Below are positions 40,873-55,435 of a stretch of 64,000 nucleotides of DNA, piece after piece (position 1 is the stretch's first letter; every line of letters starts with the position of its first letter). Location: the NCBI GenBank assembly GCA_951406725.2, contig OX597825.1, positions 8,618,001-8,682,000 on the forward strand, read 5' to 3'. The notes under the pieces were generated by a model. It did not search any database, was not told the origin of the DNA, and saw only the letters and a list, made by a program, of their open reading frames with translations. The stretch comes from Octopus vulgaris (Eukaryota). Position numbers and translations under genes: made by a program.

Positions 40873-41053
40873 TGATAATATTAATAATGATGATGATGAT
40901 GATGATGATGATGATAATGATGATGATGATGATGATGATGATGATAAATGTCCTGATGCGGTATCAGACAGTTGCTCTCATGGCTTCTGATCTTAGCTGA
41001 TTGGAAGTGTTATCATGTACATTGTGTTGTCTTGGTATAAAAGATGGGCTACA
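40804..41053 (-). mobile_element. Retroelement 3'-end fragment with (TCA)n/(TTA)n tail expanded into a microsatellite
   Basis: About 108 bp of complex sequence (40946-41053), recognised as a recurrent cephalopod repeat, directly abuts (GAT)n(AAT)n at 40804-40945. Family not determined. Confidence 0.45.
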
Positions 41054-44000
41054 TATATATATGTATATATATATATGTGTGTGTGTGTAATTATTGATGG
41101 AACGCGACTGATTTTGAAACCAATTTCAGAATAAATTTTACTTACCGAAAAAGAAAATATTGATTCGGACCTTTTCAAAAATTCGGCTGACAGAAATATA
41201 ACACTTGTAATATTCTTCATGATTTTTAAATGGAACTGCAATTTGAATTATGAAAATACACAATCAATTTTTGACATTTTTGATCAGCGTTAACATATAT
41301 AATGTATTGGCAAATCTTACTGATGTATTGCATTGATGCAACTTCCAGGAATTCGAGAATTATTTGGAAGATTTCTAATTCCAATAATTTGTGTTGGATG
41401 CTAGGCTGTAGTTGGAGGATCTGCCGTAGAAATCACAAACATTTATTCACAACTGGGGACAACAGAAAAAGACAGCAGGAATAATTCTCATTGTATGGAC
41501 ATTATTAATGAAGATATTTGCAGATAATTTACTGGCGTAGACAGAATGAGGATGAAGACCACAACAGAAAAGCTAAAACTGAAGCCCAGCAACTGCCGTT
41601 TAATCAAAACCATTTTTCATTCATTGATATTGATCATGGTACACTTTCTGTGTGTATCTTAAAATATAGAAAATTTAGTAATTTTCATAGTCTAGACATC
41701 AATTGACTATTTGAAATATATTTATATATTCGTATATTAATGTTCAAATACTGCGGTGAGATATTCTGACGCGCATTATTTATCTGTGTTAAATCAGTAG
41801 ACGGTGACTATGTAACAGATGATCACATTGAATCTTGTTAGCATATATTCACTTCTATAAATCTGATTTATATTTGGTGGGTATTTTGCAGGCCCGTCCG
41901 ACTATGTCCATTAATGGAGACAAATATATAAAATGGTTTAATATAAATTTCAAGATTGCCATTTGACTGGACATGCAATGCTGTTTCCCATGTCTTTGCG
42001 CTTATATCATTGAATTGTTGAAGGTTTACATATGTGAAAATTGACACATAAATAAATATTTTATTGGAAATATATTAACTGCGAGGAGGAGAAGACAAAC
42101 AGGCTAATATTATATCTATGCATGTTTGTAATACATTAGCATAGACTATATTTTACACAATGTTAATATGACCTTATACACAGAAAATGTGTTTGATATA
42201 TTAAGAAAGAAGAAACTATAAGTAAACGCAACTTGCGATAATCTATTTCCAGATAACTTGATCTCTTTTCTTTCATTCTTCAATATTGATAGCATTTCAA
42301 TAATGGATTTACATTCGTAGGAATAAGTTTGTTACATCCCTGTTATTGTTAAATATATGCGCCATTATTTTGTAACTCATATGAAAATAAAAATCTCTTG
42401 ATGTCAATATTTGTAAAGAATGTAATGAACAGAAATGAGAGGGTGATGCTGACGGGGATAATATAATTGATGATAACACTTAGCTCTATGATATAACATA
42501 GCTTTCCAATGCTGATGCATAACAAGGAGATAGCGAAATTTCCATTGATATTAAGTTTATTGCTCTAAACAATATTTCATAAAACTCTCTAGAAAAACAA
42601 GATTCTTTTCACCATTACTACCTTCTTATTAATATATACGAACATTCAGGAGAGAAAAAACTTGATATAAGCTCTTTCTTCTTAATTTACACGACATTTT
42701 ATTCAACACAACCAGAAGTGAGGGAGGTTTCTTGCACGTCAAGCAAAGAGTATAAGTGATAAGTAATTCAAGAGGTTAGCGACTCATGACATAAAAGGAG
42801 AATGAGGAGATCCGTCTAAAATTATTTTTCCTCTTCATTTTTCATGGACAACTACTGCTGAACAATTCAGTTCACTTGAAGCGCATCTTGAAATAACTTC
42901 TTTGTTCTCCGAAAGGTAAAAAGAGGCTAAATACTTAAGATTCAGCCGCATCCTTCAAAGAACACTGGAAGGAATTGTCAACGACCTTCGATAGATCTAG
43001 GCGTCTGTCATCTATAAAATCCCGACTCATTTTAAAAGAAAATACTTTTATTTTCATATTTAGTTCCATCAAAATGTTAGGTTTTTCACAATGATGTTAC
43101 TTTGAGTTTTTTCGTCAGTTTTTGTCTATATTATTCACAAAAGTATAATATATGCTCAGAGGCTTCTAAACAATCTGGTTCCGCTGCAGTGTTGTGCCAT
43201 ATAACAGAATGAACTATGAAGCAACATTCTAATAACATCACACATAACCTACTTTAACTGGATTGTTCTAGCTAAGTTTATTTTTGTTTCTTTATCTTAT
43301 ATTTTTCGAACAGTGTGCACTAGATATCGGTTGGCAGACTATTAGATTATTCAAGATAAAAAGCAGAGACTTTTTACACATTACACCTTTGGATACAATT
43401 GAAAGGTTCTTCACAAAACTTTGTCAAGATGCAAATCACATCAAAGAAATAACAGAAATTTCTTTTGTTTGTATCAAAGATCGCAAAATTTTGATCTGCT
43501 CTATGTGCACTTTACTGAATATACTATGCATTTATCAGAGATTATCCCACATAAAGATGTACCGACATCTCTCTTCAATGCATATTTATCAAATCTTATT
43601 ATCAAATTAATCTGATTATTCATTTAGTATTTGAAGACGCTCGCATTCTCTGGTCCAGTCAAAACAGAAACCAACACATACGAATAAGGCTTCAAACATA
43701 AAACACAATATTTTGTCTATTTTTCTTTTGTTGGTCAACTCAGGCATAAATGATTTAGTTGCGGTTATGAATTATTCAATCTTTTGTCACAATACTGAAA
43801 ATTGTGGTAGATCATTGAAACGAGTAAATAATTCGATTAATCCTAATTGTGCGAAGTTATTCCATTAATCCTTCTTTGAAAACCCTTTACCAATATGCTG
43901 CAGAAGACTTAGTTAGATGTGTTATAGGAAATCTTTTTAGGAGAGTTATGCACCTATAACGTTTGAAAGTTATCATGTCTGCTGAGTGCTACGAAACATT

Positions 44001-44531
44001 CTCCGATTGAATACCCGCAAGACCACACGTGGTGTAAACATGCACAAGAAAAGAAATGCTAGATCTCGGCATACGGAAAAAGAAATATTTATGCTTAGTG
44101 GTTACATTGATACCTGATGCGTTAACAAATTATTGGTGGTAAGGAAAGAAGAGACAAGCGTACATCAAACCCCTGGGAGCGCAAGCTATCGCATAATTTT
44201 AGTAAGGTTATAAAACCCTGAGAGGTGAGAGGATATGTGTTGGTGTATGTAAGAAGCTGACTTCATGCCGCTCAGTTAAGGAATCCTTTCTAGGACTTCC
44301 ATACAAATAGTAGAGGTACAATGTGCATTCCAGTTTTAGAATTTTTTAGAAGTGGCAGCTATATCTGTCCTAGTTTATTGTGAGTTTAGTAAATTATCAT
44401 CTATTTAGCTGAAAGACCAACTATAATTTATTGAAGAAGGACGGAGACAACTATAACAACTCTTTGAACACACTCTCTTTGAACACACTGGTTTTCACAG
44501 CTGGTTCGTTTGTAGAACAGGTCAGGACATG

Positions 44532-44690
44532 ATGACAGTTTTGGAAGATCACTATTCAATAAAGTTTTGTACTGATTTTTGGCAAAACATTATAGAAACT
44601 TATGAAATGCTTCACATGTATTTACTTTTATGAGCACAGCCTCTGCTTTTCGTGGGCTGAAGAGGTTCAAGAACGGTAAATGGAAGGTCA
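44532..44690 (+). mobile_element. Decayed mariner transposase N-terminal remnant
   Basis: MTVLEDHYSIKFC..ETYEML..MSTASAFRGLKRFKNG (with frameshifts) fits the IKFC..ETxEML..RWxKRFKxG pattern. Confidence 0.6.
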
Positions 44691-45574
44691 GACACGGTGA
44701 GAGGTGGTAATGAAACTGGAAAGTCTAAACAGTAGAAACGGTTTTAAAAAATCCATATTTTTTAAAAATAAAAGACAGTTGTGTACGTATAAAGACAATA
44801 AGTGGAGAAAATAAGTAAGCAAAATGCAGATTATATATATAGGTGCATGTGTGATTTTGTGTGTGTGTGTGTGTTTGTGTGTTTGTGTGTAGGAAAGTAA
44901 ATTGCTATAAAACCGCCCTCTAGATGCGAGAGCCGCACCACCCATTCTTTCAATCATTATCTTCGGTTATATTACGCAAGCGTCCTTGACCTCTATTAAG
45001 CAGTCGATTCAGAATTCATGGATACTCGGATACTATTTCTATCCAGAGGAGCGACTGTGTAGAAGTCTGATGAGGATGAGTGCAGTAACGGGGTTTTGGC
45101 TATATATGCGATCATATATTATCAAAGAAGTTTTAATTCTAATCAAATTTTTTAGATATAGTCCATTAAATTTTTGTGGCCATATGATATGATTTTTTGT
45201 CGTTTTTATTCAGTTTTCAACACTAAAAATAAATTAAATTAAATAGCACAGGGTTCTACAAATTCCGCTGACAGATTTTGTTACCCTCCTTTACATTCTG
45301 TGACCTGCTTTTGGCGATGTCAATCTTCCGTTAAAATTTCATGTAGTTCACAAACCACACAAGAACGAGTCTCAACATGGCCACACTGAGACATCGTGAA
45401 ACACCTATAAAATGAACCTAGGCACATATCAAACCGTAGAATATCAAGAATAACAGAACATTTTCCTTGTTCAACAGAAAATATCCACGAGCCAAGAAGT
45501 GTCTGTGCTTATGTTGAAATTGGTATTTTTTGTCTTTGCAACGGATATTATCGTAGTAATTATATATATATACA

Positions 45575-45964
45575 CGAGCAAAACGCCCCCCGTCCAATGG
45601 GCGGTGCACAGTTGTCAAACACTTAAACCAAATTTTCTCAAAATAACTTGTCCGACCGTTCCATTTTGTGGCATTATTTAAAGGCAGCCGGCATTTTTTG
45701 CGCAAACTGCACGTGCATTTTCCTCGCGTACGCGTAATATCGATCGCAATAGCTGATGTACTTGCGAGTACAGATGCACGTTCCCACGACTTTATCGATC
45801 GTAATCTCACCTGGAATCGATTTTGTAATGTTTTCAAGACTTATACACACCCTGATATCGTCGGTATCTACGTATCAAATTTGAACGCAATCGGATGGAG
45901 GATACCCAAGATCCCAGAAGGCACAGACACACACAGACAGACAGAACGGATGTTATATAATAGA
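45575..45964 (-). mobile_element. Non-autonomous Helitron-like element (older)
   Basis: Minus 5' TCTATTATATAA followed by (CTGT)n; 3' GC-rich hairpin CGCCCATTGGACGGGGGGCG then TTTTG-CTCG|T (degenerate CTAG). Confidence 0.6.
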
Positions 45965-47148
45965 ATATATACATATGTATAAGCACAATATCTTACTTTC
46001 TAAACAAATTAGACAATACGTTAGTGAAATGCATGACGCAACAAAATTCGTGTTTTATTGCATTTACACATGTAATACCAATACGGTTCCATCATACCAG
46101 TATGCGCATATATATACATGGATGTATGCATATTAACAGACACCAAAACACATACTCACATGCATACCCATGCACGAACACAGGCACTCACATGCGCATG
46201 AATATATGAAGTTGCAAGAGAGAGAAGGAAAAGATAGGGTCTATAATGTAAAAATAGACGGAAAATAAGCGAAAATCTAGTAGAAATATTTCCTTCCATA
46301 TGTATGTGGGAGTATTCATTTTTATACGAATAAGTATCCGCGTGAATGTGTGTATGACTGAAAAAGCCGTTCCCACTTTGCTTTCTATTGCAAATAACTC
46401 AATTTTAAAATGAAAAGATCGAGAGAAGTCTATTATATGTTGCTGTTTTTCTATTTTTGCAATAAAATTATTCCATGGCGACATCTAATGCTTTCAGCTA
46501 AATGCATCCTTCAAAATAAAATTTTGCTATCAACGTTTCCTAAACGTTAAAAAACTATACATATCGTAAATATTACAGAGTATAAATCCAATGATTGATA
46601 TTTAAAAACATAAATAAAAGCTACAATTACATTAAATCAGAGTACAGTAACAAACTTTTCATGCAAAGCCCTGTTCTCTAAGAACGTAAGGAATTTTGTT
46701 GTTATGCATTTAGAAATTTGTGGTCTTATATTCGGAATTTCAATAACTTTAAATCTAATAAAACTTTCTTTGTCAGAAACGGAACACAGATGGAGATAAT
46801 ATGAATTCCTTTTAACTAATTTCCTTTACCGTAGATCTTATTGTATCCATGTTAGTAATGTATTCAGAAATTGTTTTTCACTGTATATGTGTTCTCAGTG
46901 AAAATTATTAGATATCACACAGAATTGCTTTCTTCTTCTTCTCTTTTTCATTACTTGCGCTTTTGAGGAATTGCGCGCTAAATGCTACTCTTTACAAATT
47001 TATATCAGAGCCATTTGTTTATGCCAACCCAGACTTTTATCTGAATATTCCAATGATAAAAATCTAATTTAAAATATGAGAAGAGATTGATGGGTTGAAA
47101 CTTTGTAAGTGTATGTAACATTTTTCGTGGGAAAAAATACGTGTATGA

Positions 47149-47149
<1 letters not shown>

Positions 47150-47219
<70 letters not shown>

Positions 47220-47271
47220 TATACATGCATACAAACATATAGTTAGAGAACGACGGACAGAGAGATAGATA

Positions 47272-47329
<58 letters not shown>

Positions 47330-47333
47330 TAGT

Positions 47334-47375
<42 letters not shown>
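47150..47375. repeat. (TA)n/(GA)n microsatellite cluster
   Basis: Direct reading. Confidence 0.95.
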
Positions 47376-47377
<2 letters not shown>

Positions 47378-48047
47378 AAATGTTTAAGGCTTTCGTTACA
47401 TTTTAAGACGGCATAATCATTTTATATTCTAAAATTTGAAATATTAATTTAATTTCGATATAATCTATTTGTTTCGATGTAACATGTTTTAAAGTCCTAT
47501 TGTGCCAAGCATGTTTCATAAATTCAATCGAAGAAGACTTTGATGAAATCTTGTGAAATTTACAGATTCCAGTCTGTGGAAGGGAGATGAATAATTTAGA
47601 GGTATCATTGTAGACATTTTTCTGCTGACTAAATTGAATGGGAAGCCGTCAGAGGAGGATTTCAAGTAATTAATCAATGATTAATGATCCGTTTCTTATT
47701 TGAATTGGTGACTGAAATCACTACAAGAAATCAATAATAAAAATAAAAACCTATCTATTTTTTTTTCATTTAATCACTCGTTCCTATATTTTCACACATG
47801 TTTACCAAATAATATTATTATGGCAATTTTTGTTATTAATTTTAAATATATAACAGCACTATTTTAGATAAAATGATAAAAAATTTTCGCCTACTTATTT
47901 TTCACACTAGTAACATTTTAATTTAAATATTAGGAAGTGAATGAAATAATCTGCATTTTCAAATATACAGGTATAAATAATCGGAAAATTATTTCTATTA
48001 TTTAATCATTATGTACGAGAAATTATCATACTTTATTTTAGCGAATC

Positions 48048-48092
<45 letters not shown>

Positions 48093-48140
48093 GTCTGTCT
48101 ATATGTTTCTCTGTCTATCTATCTCTCTCTCTCTCTCTCA

Positions 48141-48182
<42 letters not shown>

Positions 48183-48194
48183 TATGTATGTACA

Positions 48195-48243
<49 letters not shown>

Positions 48244-48248
<5 letters not shown>

Positions 48249-49620
48249 TCGGATATTGAACAGTTCAACTCTTTATTGTAAAAAGAGGATCGTTGCAGTT
48301 ACCACTAGCGTCAATAAAAACTAGGGAAGATACTAACATTGATAAGACTGAGAGAGCCGAAGGACATAGAAAAGATGCGTAATCCACCAGATGTGAAAAC
48401 AGCCAGGAAGGGAAAAGCAATAGCAGAGATTGATGACATCCTGTCTTCTCTTACACACCGAAATATGGTGGTTGCAACGCAAATTCCTCGGAAGTGATTT
48501 GGTTTTCTCGCGGATCGGTTCAAACCGTTTGCAAGTATGATGCGGAACGGGCGCAGATGTGTTGTTACCAACAGCATCAAAACGAGGGAATCAGAGAGAA
48601 GAGAGCTTCATTTGATCCGCTGCATTCAACAAGGGCAGTTGATGACATGGGAGGAGCATATTTTTGAGAGAAAAATAATTTGGGATGAGATATGGAAGTG
48701 GACCTCATCTCGGCTAAGTTTTCTGATTCGTTCATCCTATAATGTTTTGCTATCACCTGCAAACCTAGTAAGATGGAACATCTCACAGAAAGTTATATGC
48801 AAATGCGGAAAGGTCGGAACACTGAAACATATTCTTTCCAACTGTTCATTAGCATTGAATAGGTATACATGTAGCCGCAACCTGGTCCTTAAGGTTATCA
48901 TCAATGCTATAAAGAATACAACAGACCTCAACAACATTGAAAAAACCGTTGAAAGTACCAACTTGAGATTCCATTACCTTCGTGCTCTCAGGACAGCGGA
49001 TCTGTTTCAAGAAGAACAACAAAAATCATGAAAAGTGGAACGTCAATTGGGAGGTGGCTGCAGATTTGTCTGTGTGCCAGGAACTCCTTCCCATCCCAGT
49101 TACGAAAAGACCAGACATTGTAATGCGGGGTGAAAGAAAGAAAGCTATGAATCTAGTCAAGTTAACGGTTCCTCATGAAGATAATATGGATGCCGCTCGG
49201 GCTCGAAAGATTGGCAGTTATGTAAACCTCCTCAAGGAATGTGAAGACGCAGGTTGGAAAGCAGAGCATCTTCCAGTCGTAGTCGCATCTAGAGAGTTTA
49301 TTGGACACAGTGTAAGGCGACTGTTATTATCGTTAGGCCTAACTCATCGTAGAGTAGATACCAGCATAACCGATATCCAAACTACAGTGGAGAAGGCTAG
49401 CCACTTGATTTGATAATAGAGACGATGAGCGATGGCTAGAAGAATAAGAGCTTTATTTGATAACCTGTTGCTTTAGCAAGCGGGGCCTCATATCGGTGAG
49501 AGTTGTGCATTGATGCCGTCGACAGGTAGGCTCCGAAACGGCGCGCATTCTCTCCCGATGGCTCCATACACTTGCTGGCTTCCGTTATACGGAGCACTCG
49601 ACTGGTAACACTTGTATGTG
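48244..49620 (+). mobile_element. HERO-clade (restriction-like endonuclease) non-LTR retrotransposon, 5'-truncated and frameshifted
   Basis: MPRILNSSTLY..LQLPL, PPDVKTARK, QQGQLMTWE..RLSFLIRSSYNVLLSPANLVRW, CCHC knuckle CKCGKVGTLKHILSNC, RYTCSRN (RHN motif), RPDIV..VKLTVP.E (PD-(D/E)xK), GWKAEHLPV, TVEKAS; structured 3' UTR. Confidence 0.85.
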
Positions 49621-51596
49621 TAAGTTGCTTGTAAAACACACACATACACACACGCACACACAAACCCATATAGATACACACACACATACACACACACATC
49701 TATATATAAGTTGATATCTAACTGTGTTTTCATTGTACTATTGGAAAGACAATTTATCATGAATCAAAAAATATGGAACGCAAATTGGGAAATATATTTA
49801 GATCTAATTATATGGAATGAAATCTACCGAACTGTTTATGATAATACTCAGTAAATTAATGTATCGATGTCTTCTGCTGTTATTGTAGACTTGGAGTTAT
49901 TGCATTATACATACTGGAAATTGATATGATTTTAAGTCACAGATATTTAAATATTAATATGGACACTAGTGAATTATCTCAAATTTGATGATTTCTTTGT
50001 TCTATAAATGTACATCTATGGGTTTTTAAAACTCTTATAATTCACATTACGCTGCCAGTCATATGTATATCCATATCATGTATTGTCAAAAGTCAGTGAT
50101 GTGTATACAAAAAAAAATTATATATGTACAGATTATTACAATGGTGCTAATACATCGAAGCAACACACCGTTCCTTCAACTGAGCGAACAATATATCGTC
50201 ATGTTTAATATCCTGAGGTAATCACCTTGCACACAGCTTTTGGTTCTACACAACCTTATTTCCTGTTATTTTTCGATCGTATTGAAATAAGTGAATATAT
50301 CATATACATGGTTTTGCACTGAAATATATGTATTTATCAAATACTGTAGGAAAGAAAGCAAAAGCTACTGAACATATGGAAATTAATGCAGTATCTTCTG
50401 CCCTTTCGCTAAACATCCATCTAAATTCGTAAAATGCAAATCCGACCGTATTTGAGCTATTGTTGTGGGATTGTGCAAGCAACATTTCGAGGATCGTCTT
50501 CGTAGTCACTGAATAGTGAAATAAAGGAAATAAACTTACATTCAATATGAATATTTCTTGGATATATAATAAGCCAATACAGCTAGTAAAATCACTGTGA
50601 GCTATAGTAAAATGTTTTCTTGAATTCCATCCATTATGTCCACTTGATGAAGTACGAAGCAATGTTTCTTTTATATTTCCATGTTTTACATGAAATTGGA
50701 ATATATTACTGATAAGAGAAACGGAATATTTACAGAGAGATTTGTGTGGGATGAAGATTCAGTATCAAAAAACATGTAAATAAACGGGAAAATGAAAAAA
50801 ATTACGAGCAGTATTGCGTAATCTCAATTTCTTTCGATTGCTGAATCTACTTTCTGTATGAAAGGATATTTTACGGATAAAAAATGATTTCATTCATTAT
50901 GTTCAGAAGTGAATTTCATGAAAAGCACTAAATAGTATATTATTAGAAGTACACAGATATGTCTCACAAAGTTAATAGTGATTTCTTAAGAAAGATATAT
51001 CTAGGATAAGGTTTATAATTATTATTTTACATTAATCATTAATAAGACAGCATTTAAATATATTTAACAGAAAGTAACTAACTTTATACATAAGTCGATG
51101 ATGTGGCCGCAATGTTCGCGTGGAGAGGAATAATGTTTAGGGACATTTCTGGAGGATCTTTATTCTGAAGTCAAATCTGCCTCTCATCCTTTCACTCTTG
51201 ATGAAATAAAGGACCAATAAACCCTTATATAGATGTTGTCGTTCTTTCCTCCACCAAATTTCAGATTTTATGTTTATATTTGAAGCAACTATGGTTATAG
51301 ATGCTTGCAATTGGCCGGGAAAATTCCCCAGTCCTACAGTAAAGCTAGAAACAGAGTTTGATGAAAATATTCGCTGAAGCCTACCATTATGTCAGTTTTT
51401 AGAAGAATAATTTTACGAAAGACCTTACTTATACTTTTGATGAGGTCCACTTGTTTCATTGGAGGTGCTAAGTATGGAAATTACTCTACTTTTTCGAGTG
51501 TTGTATCCGAGATAGCAACTTTAAAAACTGGCAAAATGGTATTTGGGACTGTGCAAGGAACTTGGTTTTCTTGATGTCTTATATATATATATATAC

Positions 51597-51637
<41 letters not shown>

Positions 51638-53578
51638 TGTGTCTGTGTGTCCGTGTGCGTGTATTTGTCTGTATGTGTGTTTGAGCATGAGTATGTGTGT
51701 GTATATCGGTTGTTACTTTGTAGCGTTAAATGGTCATTTGCAAATAATCTGTTACCATCATATTTCATCTTACCATAAGCTTAGGCAAATGCATATATCC
51801 CAAACTTCACTCTTACTTGTAGAAATCTGCCTTCCGTTTAGTCAGATGTGATCAGTTTTTTATTGCGTCATGCACTCATTTTTACCTCTCATCATCAGAA
51901 TATAAGTGAGCGCATTACCATTTCGTTAGTAATTATATTTCATTGCTACGCTTAGAAAGATACCAGTTCTAATATTGCTTATCTCTTAAGAACTCATGCT
52001 CATCAAATAACGATGTCCATATCAACTAAGATTCGAACCCAAATAGGTCTATCACTTATTCTTCGGGCACATATTTTATGCCCCATTATTGAACATTGAT
52101 TACGATAAATTCCACCTTTTTGTTTGTATAATTTAGTTGCGAATTGTTTTTAATTATATCCATTATATATTAATGAAGTATTCATTTGAAAAAAATATTA
52201 GCTCCGAAACAAAATAAAAGCAAAAATTTGAGATCCATTTACAGGTTAACCTAATCAAATTTTAATTCAAGCAGTGTCATTACATTAGAAAGACTGATGC
52301 ATTGTTCGTTTTTTCATTGCATTTATTAGTTATTATTCGGGATATATGCTGCGCATAGCTATCTTTTTCATGGAATATATTGGGATGCATTGGATACAAT
52401 TTAATCAACTAAGTGCATAAACATATTCTCATATTATTTCAGTTTTTGCTATAATTGCAATATAATTAAAATTATGAAAATTACTTACAGATATTTTAAG
52501 TTACCAAATATATTTCTCAGGAAGCTGTATACACAAGTTTGATATTATCGCAACAAAATCCAAATGAGTTTAACAATATAAAATTGACTATATTTTCAAA
52601 GAAACGGAATGGAAATATGTCACAGATCCGGTGTTCAATTCATCGTATATTTGACGATAAATGACTGTTATTGCCTTAATACCCTCATAAGTTTTTATTG
52701 GTGTTCGGTATATTATAGATACACACACCTCTTTTGTTAATATCAATACACAACAATCCCTGTAAGAAAAATTATTAGCATTTTTGGAGTATACAGTCTA
52801 AAACATTTTGATTCATTTTCTTCCCTCCATGTCTCCTACTCATGTTGTTTTGCATTGAATAATATATATTTAACAGAAGGAGATCCAGTCAGTTAAGAAT
52901 ACATTAGTATATCCAAATAACATTTTGAACATTTATAGAATGATATACAAAAGTTATACACCCAGTCTCTTTATGGTTTTACTATTTCGTACATCGATCC
53001 ACTTTACAACTAATTTATATTCATGCTGTGTAACATTCATTTTGGCTTAAATAATTTTATAATCCAACAATTAAAATAACGTCGCAGTAATTAAAATTAG
53101 TGAAATCAATGTTAAGTTGAGGATCATATGTAATTAATCATAGTATTTCACGATATAACACCTCATCAAATAAGACTGACGTATATCTATGGAATATAAT
53201 CCGTTAAGTTCAAATATTTCGCAAGTTAGACGCATATCAATTTATCGCAGATCAAAATATGGATTGCAAGAATGAATCATAATTGTCCATATCAAATTAT
53301 TCGGCTGTTACTCGCCTTGCATCATGTCACTGAGTATTTTACGGCTGAACAGGCTGCATAATCATTAATGAATGCATTTTTGAGTCAAATCCATTATATA
53401 GCTCCCAAGGTTAACATATCAGCTAGCTTCAACTTCACAAAGACAAATCACAACAAACCACGTATGGCTGAACCGCACTTCGCGAAATAAAGTTCTTCAG
53501 TTCTGAACATATATAAATACACACACGCGCACAGAAACACACAAACACACATTCACGTATATATGTATATATGTATGC

Positions 53579-53621
<43 letters not shown>

Positions 53622-53639
53622 CACATATATATATGTGTT

Positions 53640-53692
<53 letters not shown>

Positions 53693-53898
53693 GTGTGTGT
53701 GTGTATATATATATGTATGTATGTATAATAATAATTTTAACTTGTCTCTAAAACCACATTAAATGTTCATACAGCACCAGGAGAGAAGACAAAGAGACAA
53801 AATAAACTAGCAAAAAAGTAACTGGATAATTCCAGATCCCAGATTTCTGACTCTGCATAAGAAAGGCTTTACCTTCATCATACGCAGATAGCACATAA

Positions 53899-53929
<31 letters not shown>

Positions 53930-53943
53930 TATATATATGTGTG

Positions 53944-54020
<77 letters not shown>

Positions 54021-54094
54021 TGTGGTAGGCACACATGATTGAGTGGGGAGCAGGCTAGCCATTTCATCTTAATTGTTATTATCCATCCTTCATT

Positions 54095-54260
54095 CGTTAG
54101 TTCTATGTTTCTTGTCCCCATTGTGGTGTTTTGTCTGTTCTTGTGCTGTGCCCTCTGTTTTAAAGCCTGCGTGCCGAACAAAGGAAGTACAATCAGCGTG
54201 GTATGCCGTACGCGCCAGTCACGCAGATGACGAAAGTACGTCGTCATAATGCGGGACAAA
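54095..54260 (+). mobile_element. Probable non-LTR (L1/Tx1-like) 3' end fragment
   Basis: T-rich TTGTCCCCATTGTGGT..TTGTCTGTTCTTGTG..CCCTCTGTTTT..AACAAAG tail, similar to the tails at about 60014 and 63020. Confidence 0.4.
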
Positions 54261-54693
54261 TATATATTTGAAAAAAGGCATGTATCTTACACACTCACAC
54301 ATAATATCAACTCTACTTCATATGCCTCAACACCTCACATGCTTCACACATCAACCCACCTCACACCTCACAGGCTCCCACACCTCTGCCCACAAACCCC
54401 TAATCCCAACCCAAATACACCCAAATCCCATATAAAGAATCACAATGTCACAAATTCTCAGATCGGTTTCCCAATGAATGTGAAAACGTTTTTCCCAAGA
54501 CGTTAACAAAAATTTGTTTCTTTAATTCTCCACACCCAAGTTATCAAAGAATTTAGTAGATCTATGAACTAAAATTTATATCATTAAAAACTTATAAAAA
54601 TAATAGATTAGACTGATTAACACTTCCAGTGAAGTCATTTCTTTTCGTGTTTCAAATATAGCCAACTGTACCAAGGATCTCACACTACATTCA

Positions 54694-54746
<53 letters not shown>

Positions 54747-55128
54747 CCAAACTATATATATATATATAGTACCTTATTTACTGTGGTTAACCCGAGAGAG
54801 AGAGAGAGAGAGAGAGGTAGATAGACAGAAGCGTACATATCTGAATTTAATGCTCTCTATCGATGATCAATCAAATCATTGAGATGCAATTCTCTTTTTT
54901 CTATCAAGTTCTGACCCTGACGACGTGTTCAATTAACGATGTTTATGATAAATCTTCAATTGATTTGATATGCGTTAATTATTTCTAATTTGAATTAATT
55001 AGACATGGAAATAATTGTAGGTTGTCTGAGTTTGATATTGTTCGAAGTTGGATTTGTTTAATAAGTTGATGTCTATACGTTAATTCCTCCCTATTCTTTT
55101 TCTTATAAGTGTGTGTGCGCGTTTCTGC

Positions 55129-55129
<1 letters not shown>

Positions 55130-55196
<67 letters not shown>

Positions 55197-55435
55197 TTAT
55201 ATATATATATGTATATATATATATATACATATATATATACATACATACATATATACATACACGCATACATACGTACATACATACATACATACATGCATGT
55301 ATGTATGTATATATGTATGTATGTATATATATATATACATATATATGTACATATATATATATATATATACATACATACATGCATACATACATACATACAT
55401 ACATACATACATACATACATACATACATGCATATG
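55130..55435. repeat. Compound (TA)n/(CATA)n microsatellite
   Basis: Direct reading. Confidence 0.96.

Noticed and set aside
45280-45420. Possible hAT dimerisation-domain remnant
   Set aside because: Similarity too weak to support.
50300-50662. 120-aa minus-strand ORF
   Set aside because: No motif, non-ATG start, and no convincing exon boundaries.
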